Source: Camelus ferus (taxonomy: Eukaryota). Taken from it: a DNA stretch of 64,000 nt. The stretch is taken from positions 29,080,001 to 29,144,000 of the forward strand of contig NC_045697.1 of the NCBI RefSeq assembly GCF_009834535.1. The letters run 5' to 3'. Of this stretch, positions 1 to 14,400 are shown in pieces (positions within the stretch are counted from its first letter, which is position 1; each line of letters starts with the position of its first letter). A program made the translations under genes and the position numbers. Below the pieces are notes generated by a model that ran no database searches, was not told where the DNA came from, and saw nothing but the letters and a program-made list of their open reading frames with translations.

Positions 1-186
1 TTTATAAAACAGATAAACAAGGACCTACTGTGTAGCACAGGGACCTATATTCAACTTCTTATAATGACATATGATGGAAAAGAATCTGAAAAGAAAAAAT
101 ATATATATAATTCACATATATGTATAACTGAATCACTTTGCTGTACACCTGAAACTAACAGTATAAGTCAACTGCACCTCAATAAG
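1..186 (+). mobile_element. LINE-1 3' end fragment (cetartiodactyl type)
   Basis: aacaaggacctactgtgtagcacaggg...tgaatcactttgctgtacacctgaaactaac...caataa; similar copies at 1125-1875 and 52940-53220. Confidence 0.8.
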
Positions 187-1103
187 ATTTTTTTTTAAAT
201 TAGGGCACAAAGACAATGCTTTCTCTACCCTTTTAAACAGCCTCCCCCCCAACATTAATAACTGGTGTAAGTTATACATTAAAGAGATTAAGCTTTTTTC
301 TGCCTAATTTTGTAACATACATATTTTTGATTTGTAGTTAGCCACTTTATGATTTTTTAAACAAAAAAGTTTACATTTTTATATAGTTAAATCTATTGTG
401 AGTTCTTCCTCTGATGCAAGCTTAGTCTTAAAGCAGCAGCTTTTTATAATTCTGTCAATTTCCCAGTACATCCCTCTTCATCTAATTTCCAGAGACTCCT
501 CTGGTGCTCACTCATCTGAAATTCACTCACCTGGGGCAGGTGACAGCAAGCTGTTTTCCTGCAAGGAGTGACTGTAAGGAGTTTTTATAACATTGACTAC
601 AAATGAATTTTGCCCTCATAAAACTGTAATTGTCAGCAAATAGTTATATGAGTTTAGGATTTTTTTATGGTGCCATTCAGGCCCCAGTCTCATTAATAGG
701 CTGATGATCTATTTCAGCACCAATGTCCAGAGCTATCTCATCTTCTAAGCTTCCTCCTATCCATCTCTAGATGCCAGTCACCGCAGTAAGAAGCTTCCCC
801 TACTCCAATACCACAGAGTTTTGTGGCCTCTGGCAAGAGGCGGAAATGGAGTCACAAAAATGCTTAAGCAATATGCTACAACTTAAGCACCAAGTAAGAA
901 GCTGATATTAAAAATGTTTAATAACCAGAATGGTGCAGATAGCAAACACAAATAGACAACAGCAGACACTGACCAATCAGAACAGATGTGGGTGTGAATT
1001 CTAACCAACCAGAACAGAGGCCACTGTAAACAACCAGGATCGCTCATCACCAAGAAAAGGCTCTTTTTCGGTAGTGCCAGGACTTGGGTTCCAGAGCCTC
1101 TGC

Positions 1104-1193
1104 TCTCTCTCTCTCTCTATCTCTTTTTTTTTTTAATTGAAGTATTGTTGATTTACAATGTGTTAGTTTCTGGTTTATAGCATAGTGATTCAG

Positions 1194-1259
<66 letters not shown>

Positions 1260-1875
1260 TCATTATAGATTATTACAAGCTACTGAATATAGCTCCCTGT
1301 GCTATACAGTAGGAGCTTGTTTGTCTGTTTTGTATATGTAAGTTTGTATCTGCTAATCCCAAACTCCTCATTTATCCCTCCCCCTGCCTACCTTCCCCTT
1401 TGGTAACCATAATTCTGTTTTCTGTGTCTGTGAGTCTCTTTCTGTTTTGTAAATAAGTTCATTTGTGTCGTTTTTTAGATTCCATATAAGTGATATCATA
1501 TGGTATTTGTCTTTGTCTAACTTACTTCACTTAGTACAATAATCTCTAGGTCCATCCATGTTGCGGAAAATAGCATTGTATCAGTCTTTTTTATGGCTGG
1601 AGTAGTATCCCACTGTGTCCAGATACACTACATCTTCTTTATCCATTTATCTGTCAATGGACATTTGGTTGCTTCCATGTCTTGGGTATTGTAAATAGTG
1701 ACTCTAGGAACACTGGGGTGCATGCATCTTTTCAAATTAGTTTTCTCCAGATATATGTCCCAGAGTGGGGTTCCTGGATCATAAGGTAACTCTAATTTTT
1801 TAAGGACTCTCTATACTGTTCTCCATAGTGGCTGCACCAATTTACCTTCCCACCAACAATGTAGGAGGGTTCCCT
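1104..1875 (-). mobile_element. 5'-truncated LINE-1 with an expanded internal (TA)n
   Basis: L1 3'UTR and ORF2-end motifs (ccatagtggctgcaccaatttac..tcccaccaaca), T run at the left end, TSD agagcctctgc at 1093-1103 and 1876-1886. Confidence 0.88.
1195..1254. repeat. (TA)~30 microsatellite
   Basis: Uninterrupted tata run. Confidence 0.97.
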
Positions 1876-3112
1876 AGAGCCTCTGCCCATGAGTACGCTC
1901 TACTATACCGGCTCATCATCAGACTTCGCCGCTGTGAAATCTGCTTGCTGATTTCCAGCCCTTCTGTTCAGTAATCTCCTGCTCCTCCCAAGCCTTCAGA
2001 AAAATGATCTGTATCCAACTCTGGGGTTAGCAGTGTCATGGGGGGAGAGGGCAGAGGGACACTGTGTGTACACTGGGACAGAGGTAGTAACTGGGGTCTT
2101 TGGGGTGACCTGTTGCCTGGAGAAAAGTTATGAGGTGGCAGAAACAATCCATAAAGCAGCCTGGAACAGCTGTCCACAGTGAGGGGTAATAGCATTCCCC
2201 ATTCCTCAAGATCTTGAGAAATCTTTGGAAGGGAAATGCATTTCCTGCAAATATAAAATGTGATTTCAAAATATGATGATGGTGGTGGTGTTATTAAAGG
2301 AAAGGTTGAGTGGAAACACTGGGTATGCTTGGCATGGGTACATTGAGAACCCCGGGGAAGGTATAAGGACACAATTTTGGAGTCAGAGCTCTAGGAGTGG
2401 CACTGCCATTTACAGGTTAAGTGACCTAAATCAAATCTGCTTCTCTATATCTCCTTAATCTATAAAATGGGTGTAGAACAGTGCCCAGCCCATAGTGTAG
2501 CTGTGAGAGTTAAAAGATACATGTATCCGGTTTCTGACCACAGCGTATGGAATGTTCAGTCAGTACCAGGCATCCCTGCAGACAGCAGTGACACCATCAC
2601 CTTTGTCATCACCACACTCTGAAGTGTTTTGAGTCCTTAAACACACACACACACACACAAGAAAAACACAAGGTAGGGATGCTCGCATTTTCCCTCCTAA
2701 TCTCCAAATGACAGAGGAAGAGAAAGCAATGTGGAAAATTAGGAATGGAAGAGGCCGAATCTGAGAGCTATTGAGAAAGCTGCTGTGGGCAGGGCAGTGG
2801 GCTCTGAGCTCAGGAGATTTCTAAGGAGTTAATGCAGGGAAATAACAAAAAAGACAGAGATAGCTTAATTTGGCTTTAGAGAAGAAGAGAAGCCCCTGGG
2901 ACAAGGGTGTGATTGGCCACAGATCTGGTAAGAGAAATGGGGAGGTGGTTAATGGTGGTTATAAAGAGGAAGGCAGGTGATGAGAAGCACTTTTTCAGAC
3001 TAAGAGAACATCTTTATCTGTCCAACTTTATCCCTTGCCTTTTCATTGCCTCTCTGGGAAGTTTAAGGTTGTAAGAAGGTAATGCCAGTTGACTGCATCT
3101 TTTTACACAGTG

Positions 3113-3257
3113 TTTTTTTAAATTAATTTTTTATTGTTTTTTTAAGGGGTGGGTGGGAGGTAATTAGGTTTATTTATTTTGATGCAGGCATTGGGGATCG
3201 AACCCAGGACCTCATGCATGCTAAGCATGCACTCTACCACTGAGGTATACCCTCCCC
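3113..3257 (-). mobile_element. tRNA-derived SINE (camelid vic-1-like)
   Basis: Minus strand reads GGGGAGGGTATACCTCAGTGGTAGAGTGCATGCTTAGCATGCATGAGGTCCTGGGTTCGATCCCC (A and B boxes) with an A-rich tail. TSD ttac(a/g)cagtgtttt at ~3103 and ~3259. Confidence 0.88.
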
Positions 3258-4256
3258 ATTACGCAGTGTTTTGATGGGAATGTTTTCAAGGTGATTTTGG
3301 TCAGCACTGATGAGGTGAGGGCAGGTGAGGTAAGGGCAGGTGAGGCCAAGTGAGGTATGCATTCTTGTGCCATGATGGAGAGAATGTAAATTAGTATGAC
3401 CTCTCTAAAGCAACTAGACGATGCATCTCAAAATACCTTAAAATGATCATTCATCTGAGTGCAAACTTTGAAGCAGTATCCTACAGAAATGATCAGAAAT
3501 TTGGCCAATGAAAGGGAGGCCATCATGTGATTTACAGAACAGAAAACACAAGAAAAAAACTATAAAGAAACTTAAAAGTTTGAGCAGTTGTTATATCTGG
3601 ATAGTGGGACTGTGCAAAATTGTAATTTGTTTCAGTTTACTTTTAAGATTTCCCTAGATTTCTCTAATATGTTGCTTATTTTAAAATATTGAAAAACAAA
3701 TGCATTAAACAAAAATCGATTTCCTCCTTCCTGTTCCTCCTCTACCTCCTTCCCTTTGCAAACCAAGGGCCTGGTTGTTCTGGTGATGACAAGGACAGGA
3801 TGGCCCATTGTGGATTCTGTCCTTGATCTTCTCTTCCTTTGTTGATTTTGCTTCAGGCTTTGGACTGAGATTGTATGGCTTCCTCCAATGTGGATGGAGC
3901 TCAGCAGGATATGCTTTCCGTGGCACTGGTCCACGGACACCCTGCCACATTGCTTCTCATCAAAGCCAAACTGGCAGGGCACCCCCCACCCCCACCCAGT
4001 GGAAACACTCAGGCTTAATTCAGCATTCTCTGCTGAGAGTTCATCTTGCTTCAGAGGAACTGGGTAGGTCTGGGGAAGAGGGATGAAGAGGAGGAGAGAG
4101 GGTATTTTTCCTGTCCACTAAAATTTCTCTTTAGGAAGTTTAAGGTCATACCTGGTGTCCTCAGTTGGATATATCTTGTTTGATGATAACATGCTTTAGT
4201 CTTGTAGACCAAGAGGAAGACAGTGTGGTTGAGATGGCATTTTGCAGAGGAGAGGT

Positions 4257-5200
4257 TCATTCACTCATTCACCCACTTACAACTATTTATTAAGTTCCCC
4301 CTCTGTGTCAAGCACTGTTCTAGGGGCTGGGAATATAGCTATGAACAAACGAAGAAAAATCTCTGCCTTGATGGAGCTTCTGTTCTAGTGGGGTGAAGTC
4401 AATGAGAGTCTATAGAGCAATGAGGAAAAATTAAGCAGAGGAATGGAGTAGAGTGGGATGGGGTGAAGTGTGGGGTGTGTGTGTGCGCGTGCATGCTCTT
4501 TTAGACAGGATACTTGGAACAGGCCTCTTAATAAAGAGAAATTTGAACAGAGACCTGAAGGAAGTGGGGGAGCGAGGGAAGGCTTGAGGAAAGGCTTTCT
4601 AGACAGAAGGAAGACCTGGCTTTGTGTATTTAAGGAATAGTGAGGAGGCTAGCATGGCTGGGGGTGAGCTGGGAGTTATGGGAGGGTCCCCTGCATCTCT
4701 GCAGGCCTTTTAAAGGGCTTTGCCTTCTACTCTGAGTGAAACGGGAGGTCATGGGGTGGGAGGGTAAGCAGAAGAGCAACATACCTGACTGCAGTGATTC
4801 TCAACCTTTGCTACACAGTGGTTCTCCCCGGGAGCTTTGAAGAAAAAAAAAAAAATCATGATGCCTAAGTCCCACCCCCAGAGATTCTGAATTAATTGGT
4901 GAGGCCTGGGCCTCAAGAGTTTGAAAACTTCCCCAGGTGATTTTAATGTGAATCCAAGGTTGAGAACTGCTGATGTAAAAGACTCTCCCTGGCTGTTGTG
5001 AGGAGACGAGAGGAGGCGGGCAGGGGTAGGTGTGTGGGGACAATCAGGAGACTACTGCAGAATTCCAGAGATGATGACGGGCTTGGACCCAAGTGGCAGT
5101 GATTAAGGTGATGAGGAGTGGTTGATGATGGAAATAACTGAAGGTAGAGCCCTAGTTCAACGCTGCAGCCGCTACTGGGGCTGGGTGAGTCCTGGGACTT
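4257..5200 (-). mobile_element. L2 LINE fragment, interrupted by a MER5A
   Basis: ttcattcactcattc...tttattaag...aagcactgttctaggggctggg is the reverse complement of the L2 3' end. Confidence 0.65.
4792..4972. mobile_element. MER5A-like hAT-Charlie MITE
   Basis: TIRs cagtgattctcaac / gttgagaactgctg; internal cccacccccagagattctga and ccccaggtgatt motifs. Confidence 0.8.
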
Positions 5201-7829
5201 AGTATCAGCAGGCACCTTGACCAACCTAAAGCACCTAAAGCTTGTCCTCTAATCTGGTCTCTGTCAGTCACAAAGGCGATATTTGGTCTCCCAATTTACT
5301 TTGCAATATTTCTCAACTTATTAAGAACCTGGATGGGGAAGAAGGATGCTACTTATTGAAGGAAACCCTCAGAGATCAATGTTGAGTATGTATGTGTGTG
5401 GGGGGGCAGTTTCTCAGCCACATTCAGCTGCCAACTGCCAAACCGCAAAATTGGTGGCAAATTAGACTTCACCAGGGTTGGCGCTTCACCAGAAAGGAGT
5501 TGGGGGAAGAGATCTGAAGATGCATGTGTGGGAATGATGACAGGGTTAAACTAGAATCTGAGTTGGGAGAGTTAGAAGGTCAGAGCATGAGGTCAAGAGA
5601 CAAGACTAACAGATTGTAGGTCCTGGGAGCATCAAAGAAATGTTAGGGTCAAGGTCAAGAGGGAGGGAGTAAGCTGGAAAAATAAAAATGGGTGGTAGCT
5701 GAGATGCTTAAAAAGCTAACATTGTAAGTAGATTGTTAGTAATAACAAGGCCTAAGGTATGACCATGGCAGTGGCTGAGGTCAGATAGACGACAAAATCA
5801 CTGAAGGAGAAGAGGAAACAATGAGAAGTGACAAGAGGGCCAAACCTGGCATCAGAAATCCTGAATTTGAGTTGCAGCTCAGTTACTGACCAGCTGTAAT
5901 CTTTAAAAAGTCATTCTACCGTTCTCAGCCTCCATTTCCCTGGCTGTAAAATTCCAGTTCAGTGAGTGATGGGAAGCTTTAAATGGCATTAATATACGTG
6001 GAAGTGTTTCAAAGCCTGAAAAATGCTCTCTCTGTGTAAGGGATTGTATCCACCGGTCAAATGATGCAAGATAACTTTTCCATAGTTAGTGAACCAATGA
6101 GAGAATCAATAGAACTCCAAACTTTCAGTTTCTGGGACATTGAAGAATCTGAGTGACGGCCAAAGGGAAATAATAAGTCAGTCAAAGGGATGACTCTTTG
6201 GGACTGTCCTGTTGACTGTCTTTCCAGTTCTTTTTCTCTGGTGAATAGGTCTGGATGTATGGTGTTTGATGACTTAATCCCCTTTTGCTGGTGAGAGGAG
6301 TGGCTTTGATGGCAGGGAGTAGGCACAAGAACTGGGAGGAGAAAGGTGGTTAAGGAATTCAACCTTTCAGTAAAAGAATAATGGCAAGAAGCTACTTTGT
6401 TCAGTTGTTTTCAAGGGATTTGATTTATCCTCAGATACAACCACTAGGACAACAAAGATGGAAAAAACACAAACACTGAAAGAAGGCAGCACTTGGTTTG
6501 GAATGCATTACTGAGAAAAGCCATTTAGCACACCTGCTGAAGAAGTCCCTATGATATTGGCATACAGAATCATAAACATTTTAATATTTATAAACATCAT
6601 GTTCTTTCATTTTCTTCTTGACCCTGGCTCTGATAACCCCAAACTTGCTTGTGTCCCCATGATCAGGTTCCCAAATTCCACCCTCTATTTTAAGATGAGG
6701 TCCCTGGCTCTACACCATTTTCTTGTCTATTATCCCACTTCTCTGAACACTGAGGTCCCATTCTGGTCCTCTCCTCACAGCCCTTGCAGGGCTTGATACC
6801 CAGACACTGACCACTGATCTCACGTCTGGGTCCTCCCTTGATGCTGAATCCCCCCAGCTGCCTGCCAGCTTGTTCTGAGGAGAAATGTAGTGTGCACTTT
6901 GATTCTAAAGTGCACAGACTTTAGAATCAAAGGTTAAAAAACAGACTCAGATTAATTTTTTAAAAATTAATAACAGTAAAACATCCTCTTCCACTCTATC
7001 CAGTAATATGTTGTCTACAGAGATATATTTGAAATAAAAGGATATGGAGAATTTGAAAATAAGGAATAGAAAAACACATACAAGGACAACAAAGGAAAGG
7101 TGGGATAGAAATACCAATTATAGATAAAATAAAATTTCATATGATCATATGAAAAATGATCATAAGAGACAAAGGGGGACATTATGTACTGGTTGTAAGA
7201 ACTTTACATCAAAAATCATGAACAAATAGGCACCTAAGAAGATAGCCTGAAAACATGTAAAGCAACAAAATGATCACAGTTCAACACAGCCCTCTAAGAA
7301 AAGGTGGACCCAGCTGGTTTTGGTGATAATCAACCTGACCTGAGCCGTTTCCCACCACTCACTAGCTGCACGACTTCATTAGGAGCCTAGGCTCTGCGAA
7401 GCTCAGTGTTGTCACCTGGAAGACAGGACTAACACCAGCCCTCTAAGATTGTTATCAGCTCTAGCTTAGATAATGCATATCAATTGTCAAATACGTCTGG
7501 AGTTTTATAAATGTCTGCAATAAAAATTATTCTTTGGACACCCCGCCCCTCATCACCTACCCTGTTCCTATCACATGTCTGATTTCTGAGCACAGGCTAT
7601 ATCCTGTATCCCAGGTTTTACTACACTGCAAGTGTCGGGAATCAGCAGAGAGCCGAAACAGAGCCTAGAAAAATGCAACAGCTTTGCAGGGTGGTACTCA
7701 ACTAACATGCACTCAATCAGTATGTCTCTACTGGTTGTTTACAGCTGGCCTCCACTCTGACTAGTCAGTGTATGTGCCTCATCAATTTATTATCTCTCAG
7801 CTCCAAGTTTACCCTTCTTTACACAGCTT

Positions 7830-8392
7830 TGTGATATCAGAGCCGGGCCCAGTAAACATTTCTTCTTTGCCAGCTGGCAGAATGTTATGTTTTATCAATA
7901 AGGCACTGGAGTAACACAGCAAGGACATAGCCACAGACAGTCCCCTTCTAGTTTCTGGCCGTCTATTATTATTATTCAGCATGTGAGCATAGCAGCCCTT
8001 GTGGACATATTTCAACTGCACCCTAACACCTCGCTCTCCCTACTGTGACTTCTAAGTAGCGCTGGGCTGCCCACAACCTCTGTCAGTGCAGGATAGCTTC
8101 TCGAGACAGCTTAGCCTGCCAAGTGTCTCAGTCCTGTCAGGTTGTGTGTTCCTGCAGTAGCGACATCCTCTTTGAAGAGGTCTCCGAAGACCTTAATTCC
8201 TTCTTTGTCCAGCTCCTCCAGGCTAGGGGTTAAAGCCTCTTTTACTGCACTGTCTAATTCTGAACCCCTTAGGGGTCCCTTTTATTCCTTTTAGTAGTTA
8301 TTCACCTTCTACTAGTTAACAGTTCTTTACGTTACAGTTTCCTTATTCAAATAGGTGTGATTCCTCTCTCCTTCCTGGAGACGTACCTGATA
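7830..8392 (+). mobile_element. Probable old ERVL-type solo LTR
   Basis: The 3' end (ttctttacgttacagtttccttattcaaat...gtgtgattcctctctccttcctggagac...ctgata) resembles ERVL LTR termini; subfamily not determined. Confidence 0.4.
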
Positions 8393-11300
8393 TGTTTCTC
8401 AACTGAACTGCAACTGTTATCAGTGATGAGTTACTGGGTGGTGTGCAGGGAACTGCTTTATCACCACAGAAATATTCCTTAAAGTAGCCTCCCTCCTGCC
8501 CACTAAAGAAGAATCATGGCCAGCTCGGTTTCCCAAATTCTAGGACGACTAAAGAGAGAGGCAGAAATAGACAGAATGTGACAAGTGGGAAGAAAAGGCA
8601 GAAGGCTTAGCACAAGAAACTAAGCTGAGTTACTTACTAGAGCTAGACCAGGGTCGGGGTAAGGGAGAGGGAGGAAGAAAAACTATCGCGGACTGAGTAC
8701 TGGAGAGAATCTGGATTTGAGAAATTTGCAGAGTTACGAATTGGCTTTCTGTTGATATTCTTTGAGAGACATGAGTGAAGACTGGAATTTAGTTTTTATT
8801 GCTTTGGGGTATAGCAATATGCTTCCCTATTGGTGACTTTAAGCAGAGACCTGGTCACGTGGGCACCTGGCTTTTACCAGGGTTCTACCTGATTTCTATT
8901 TTATCTTAGGGAAACTTCCAGTTTTTTCACACTTTTGTTTCTGATACCCAAATACTAATCCTACTACCATAGGCACTTTAAAAAGCTATCTGGGAAGTTT
9001 TAGGCCTGTTTTCACCCATCTAACAAGGCATTCATGTCCTACAGATCCCCTCTTATTTGGCTCTGGAGAACACTTTCCTTCCAAGTAAACTGATTTTTTG
9101 CTGTTTTATTTCTAAAAGGACAGAGTAGGCTTTCAGCTGGGCATGGTATAAAGAGCTCCAGCTTTAACCTCTCTGTGCGCACGTGTGTTCTCAAAAAGAA
9201 ACTCTAGAAATGTAAATCAGAAATTAATAGAAATTGCCTGTAAGGGGGAGAAGGGATGGAAAGATGGGCATGGGACAAGGGTGGCAGTGAGCATTATAAA
9301 AACAAACCTTTAAAAAAGAGCACCAGCTATAAAGCCAGAGAGACTTGGGTTCAAATTCCAATTCTGCGGCTAACTGCCGATTAACCTTGGAAAGTTAATC
9401 TCTCTCGGCTTCAGTCCCATTAATAAAATGCATGGAGTTTCTGGGAGTATAAAGTAAGATAACACCAACTGGAACACTTAGCCCAGTGCCTGGTAAATAG
9501 TAAATGCCTGGTAAATGTTAGCTACAGTTAGGTACCGTCTCTCAGCGTGCAAGGACTGGGACTGTGTGAACCTTATAAGCTTCTTTAGCTTTGTAACTAT
9601 CCCTTTGTTTGTTTTTCTGTTGTCCCTGTGTTTGCTTTTCCTGAATTCTTTGGAAGAAAATCCCTAAGAGAATAAGGGCTTGTATTTGTCTTTGGGGGCA
9701 GATGAAATGAGACGATCTTATTCTGTAGCCATTTTGGGGTAAGATAGAGGAGTGATAAGAACTCCAGGGGGTAGAGGGGACAAGAGCAGCTTTAGAGAGG
9801 AAATGGAAACAGGATAAGTCCTTGGGGCTTTCCAGAGAAAGAAAGGGGAGTCCAGAGTCTGGAGCTAGAGAATGGTAGCCTAACAGAAGATGAGAGGGTA
9901 TTTCCCCATATCCACCATGGGTTTCTCCCTTCTTCCTCTTTTATGAACAGCGTAGAAAAGACAGGAGGGCTATGTAACTTTCTCAGCATGGCTTAAAAAC
10001 ACTAGGGTTGTCTTCTTTGTTCCAATCAGGAAACAGCTCTCAACATCCTCTCTCCTGCAATCAATGCCTCATTGTTTATGGAACTGAGGAAGTTCTTGGT
10101 GCAGTTTGTATAATCCAGACCAGACCTTTAGCATCTAATGCCTCTTTTTAAAAGGAACCAAAGTCTCTTTTCTTCCTGACATTTCAAGGCCAAATTGCAC
10201 CCAACAGCTCTCAAGCATTCTGCCACTTGGCTACCTGTGTGACTCTGGGCATGTTTCTAAACCTCCAGCCTGAACGTGGGTCTGTCCCCGATGGAGAGCA
10301 GCAGGACAGAACAGTCTGGCTAAATCTCTCTCCCAGCATCACATAGGTTGTTTTAGCAAGTCTAACAGACAGTTTTGTAAATGTGTTTCCACTGTATGTG
10401 TTCCACTGTGAACCTTTTTATCGTCCATCATGTCCTCGCACTTTCTGCCCTTGTAAGATTCACAACTGAGCTGAGTCCTCGCCTTGTAAAACTCCTTGGC
10501 TTCTCCTGTTGCAGGTGAGGAATGGGGCCTGTATCAGCCCTGTATCTGTAGCTGGATGCTGGCCAACAATGATGGGAAATGAATTAATGAAAGGTTGCTC
10601 ACAGAATCTGTAAGGTGGCAGGAGAAGCAGACTTGGAAACTGGGGAGCAGTAGACACAGTAGACACAGTGTGGTCAGGGTGCCACCACCCTTGCCAACCC
10701 TGGTCACTGTCCTTGGACACTGATCTTAATGCTAGACCGTCTCAGCCACCATCACGGATCCAACATCACTGTATCTATGATTCTGCACAGTTCAGTCCCA
10801 GGTGGTGGGGTCCTCGACACTTTGTGGTCACTTTGCAGTCGGGGGCAAGAAGTGCGAGGTTTTCCGCCTTTTCTCTCCTGTATTGTGCATGTGTTGGCTC
10901 AATCAGAAGATATAGGGTTCGTGTCCTATGGTTAACTCTTGAGATGCTGCTGCCAGAAGAAGGCTCTGACTCACAATGGGGGATTCCTCAAAATTAGGAA
11001 GGGGAATTTAGATGCTGGGCAGCATGGGGTGCCCACTGAGGTGCCAAAATCTTGGACGGTATTATAAAGTCAGGTTTTTCAACCAAGCCCTTTGCTCTGC
11101 CCTCCTCCACCTTCTCTCCTGTTGAGCTTGGGCCTGGCCAAGTTCCGTCACGCTTCAGTACCCGGGCAGGTGCACCTGCTCCCTTCCAGTGCCTGGAGTC
11201 CTGCCATCCATTGCTCAGTGCCAACTGCTTGTTGTTTTAACATTGGGCCTCCATCCTCAGGGCCTTCTCCTGGGTGAGTTCTTGGAGTCGAGTTTCCTTT

Positions 11301-14148
11301 CATCTAGCTGCAGGTTGCCAGCTAAGCAATTATAGATCTCGGGACTTGAATTGAAATGACCTTTTCTTTCCTTCTTGGCTTTCTTCTAAGGGTCTTTTCT
11401 CTCATCCCTGGATATGGCCAGAACGCTAGGTTGAAGTCAGGAGACCCAGATTTGTTCACTGCGGACTTGAGCAAGTAAAATGACTTGATAAGCCTCAGTT
11501 TCCTTTTCTGGGAAGACAAGGGGTGGTGACTATAAAGATTTCCTGAGCTGCTGAATCACAGTGATTATGGTTCTAAGTCCAGTGTCTATTTTTTTCTCGC
11601 CTCCACTTCATGGGCTCCTGACTTTCCTGGTTCTCTTCATTCTGATCTGCATTATTCTATCCCTTTGGTTTATTTTTAACAGACCAGCTATGAAGCTAGA
11701 ATAAAAAGGGGAATTTCTATTCGTCGTTCAACCCAGAGTCCTCCCACTCAGTATCAGGCATACATTGCCCCAAGTCACTCAGCCTGAGGACTCTGACTTT
11801 TCTGGGGTCACGAGAGAAGAGCAGAGGGGCTGAGCTCTCGTGTGATCCTCACCCTACATGTGGGGTCAAACATCCTTGTCATTTTCTCAGTAAACACCCA
11901 GACGATCCTGGTGACATTACGTTCCTTTTCGACAACACGGACTGCCACTGTAGAATCATATCTTTGCTCCTTGGTTTTACCCAGAAGGAGGAAAAAAAGC
12001 CAGACAAAGCAGTCTTTTGTTTATTTTATATACCAGAGGATCTTCTTGCAGGTTTTTCCACTCTGCCTTTCCTGTACTGTTTCTTTCGGGGTTTCATTAA
12101 AAATGATGGCAGTCAGAAAAACAGCCACCATGTGCTGACAGCTCACTCTGTTCCAGGCCCTGTGCTAGGCGCTTCATCTCTGTTATCCCCCGTAACCCTC
12201 TCAGTAAACACAGGCGGTAGGCCCCGATACTCTGTTGCTCCACTTGAGGAAACTGAGGCTTAGAGGAGCCATATGACCTCTTTCTCAGGAGCACTGTCTA
12301 CCAGGCCCCACAGAGTCAGCAAGCAGGCACTCTGGTCGGCTTGGTTCACTCTCCCCAGAGTGCTCCCAGCTTTCCCACCTCCAGGGGTGGAGGAATCCCT
12401 GCGGCCTTTCTGATTTTCTTCTGTCTGGAAGATTCCACGTCTTCTGAAATTCCCTGAGCTTCAGCTGCTTTGCTGGGAAGGATTTCACAGACTCTCTGTG
12501 GAACAGGACTTCTTGGCCCTTTAATGTTCCTGCTGTCACAGAGGCCACCATGCTAGGGGTGGACCCATTGCACACACACACCCTGGACTCCAGAAAAGAT
12601 GGCTCTGACACCATCTCTGGGCCTTCTCAGGGTTAGAGCAGGAGTGGGATCTAGAAGTTTGCAGAAGTTTATGTCTTCATCTTTGGCACAATGACCTTTT
12701 TTTACTCCAATTCCCAAGTATGGATACATGCTCAGCTTCTCTCAAACTGCACAAAACAGTCTCCATTTCCATCCAAATCAAATTTGCCCTGTTTTACCCT
12801 ATCACGACCAGGGATAATTAGCTATTATCATCAAAATATTCATTTCTTTCCATCTTTTTCCTTCTCATCCTTAAAAAAGATATTAAGCTCTTTAGGGGAA
12901 TTGCTTGTCCAACAAGAAGTCCACAGACTATTGTTGTGGGAGTTAGAACTGGGGGGGCTTAATGGGCTTTTCTTTTTTGCTTTCTCTCAACTGACTCTAA
13001 GAATCCTTTTATCTAGAAAAGTGATTAGAATGGTTCCCGAAGGAATTCAAAGAGAAAGAGAGTTAGTATTCAGCTTCTGACACTGAAAATAGGATTTCAC
13101 AGCAAGACAATAACTTGAATGCTAGGCTTAGGGTGAGGGAAAAGATCTTTCTAAATAATTTGAGCTCCCAGTTGGTCTAGATCTTAGAGTTTCTCCCATA
13201 GGACAGAGAAGATAGCTCTGTTTATGATTTAGGTTTAGCCAGGAGTCTGTAGGTTCTATTTGGGTTAGAGCCAGGAAGCTATAAAGCAGAGGAAATGAAC
13301 GAGCTTGCTGCCTCTTCTTGTTCTGGGGCATCGTGGGAAGATGAGGCCGTGAACAGAAGCTGAATTAGAAGGGAAAGTGGTGAGATACGTGCTCTGATGA
13401 AAGGCAGGTTGGACAGGCTGAGAAGAGACCTCTGGTGGCAGGCTCTGCCCTGGGACAGGAGGCAGGGGCGGGCGGCCCAGCATGGTACTGAAGGCCGTGA
13501 GGGGAGAACGGGCCTGCTCCACAGTCCCACGCCTCCCTCTATTCCCACGGTGGGGGGGGGGGGGGCGCCGGCGAGCCAGCCCTGATGCCCGCCACACCAG
13601 GATGGTGGAGGGAGGTGGGGGCAGAGCTCCACAGGGTCCACAGCTCCAGGAGGAGATGATGTGAGGTGAGGGGACAGGGGGCAAGCGAGGGGAGCCTAGA
13701 CTAGGAGCTACGCCATTTGCAGACATCAGTAGTGAGGGCTGAGCACCCACCAAAGGTCCTGCATAAAGCCAAGATGCCATCTTCCCAGCATCATTTTTGG
13801 TCCCCTAAAGGGACTGATTGAATGGTTATTTAGACTAAGGTTTAAGCTGGATTGGGCCTTCAGTTATATTTCTCCTCTTTAGCAAATAACAACAATGTAC
13901 AATGAGAATATAAATAAAATATTTTCTCTGCACATCCAAGGTGTATCGTGGGGATAGCCACTCTACATTTCAATGAAGGAAAATCAGCATTTTTTATTTC
14001 AGGCCCAGTGATTTGAGTTTTTTAGACTTGGTTCTCGTTGCTAAGCTCTGGATAGTTCCCAAATGTTCACATTCCTCTGGAGTTCTAGACTATGTTCTCC
14101 TCCTCCTCCTCCTCAACATGAGCAACGACAGAGAGCGGGAACGCTCAC

Positions 14149-14400
14149 AGTTATGGACTGAAATGTGACCCCTAAATTCATACGCTGAAGCCCTAGCCCC
14201 CAGTTCTTCAGAATGTGAACGTATTTGGAGAGAGGGTCTCTAAAGAGGTGATTAAGTTAATATGAAGTACCCAGGAGGCCCCTCATCCCATCTGACTGGA
14301 GCCTTTATAAGAAGACAAAATTTGGATGCACCAAGAGACACCGGGGATGCAGACGCACAGGAGAAAGACCGCGTGAGGACACAGCAAAAGGGTGGCCATC
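14149..14400 (+). mobile_element. MLT1 (MaLR) LTR, 5' part
   Basis: gttatggactgaaatgtg...aaattcata.gctgaagccct...agaatgtga..gtatttggag...aaagaggtgattaagttaa. Confidence 0.8.

Noticed and set aside
3181..3257. Possible functional tRNA gene (A and B boxes)
   Set aside because: The A-rich tail, TSD and multiple diverged copies identify it as a SINE.
6057..6160. Possible C/D-box snoRNA (atgatg...ctga)
   Set aside because: The C box is imperfect, I saw no terminal stem or recognisable guide, and it is not within a host intron.
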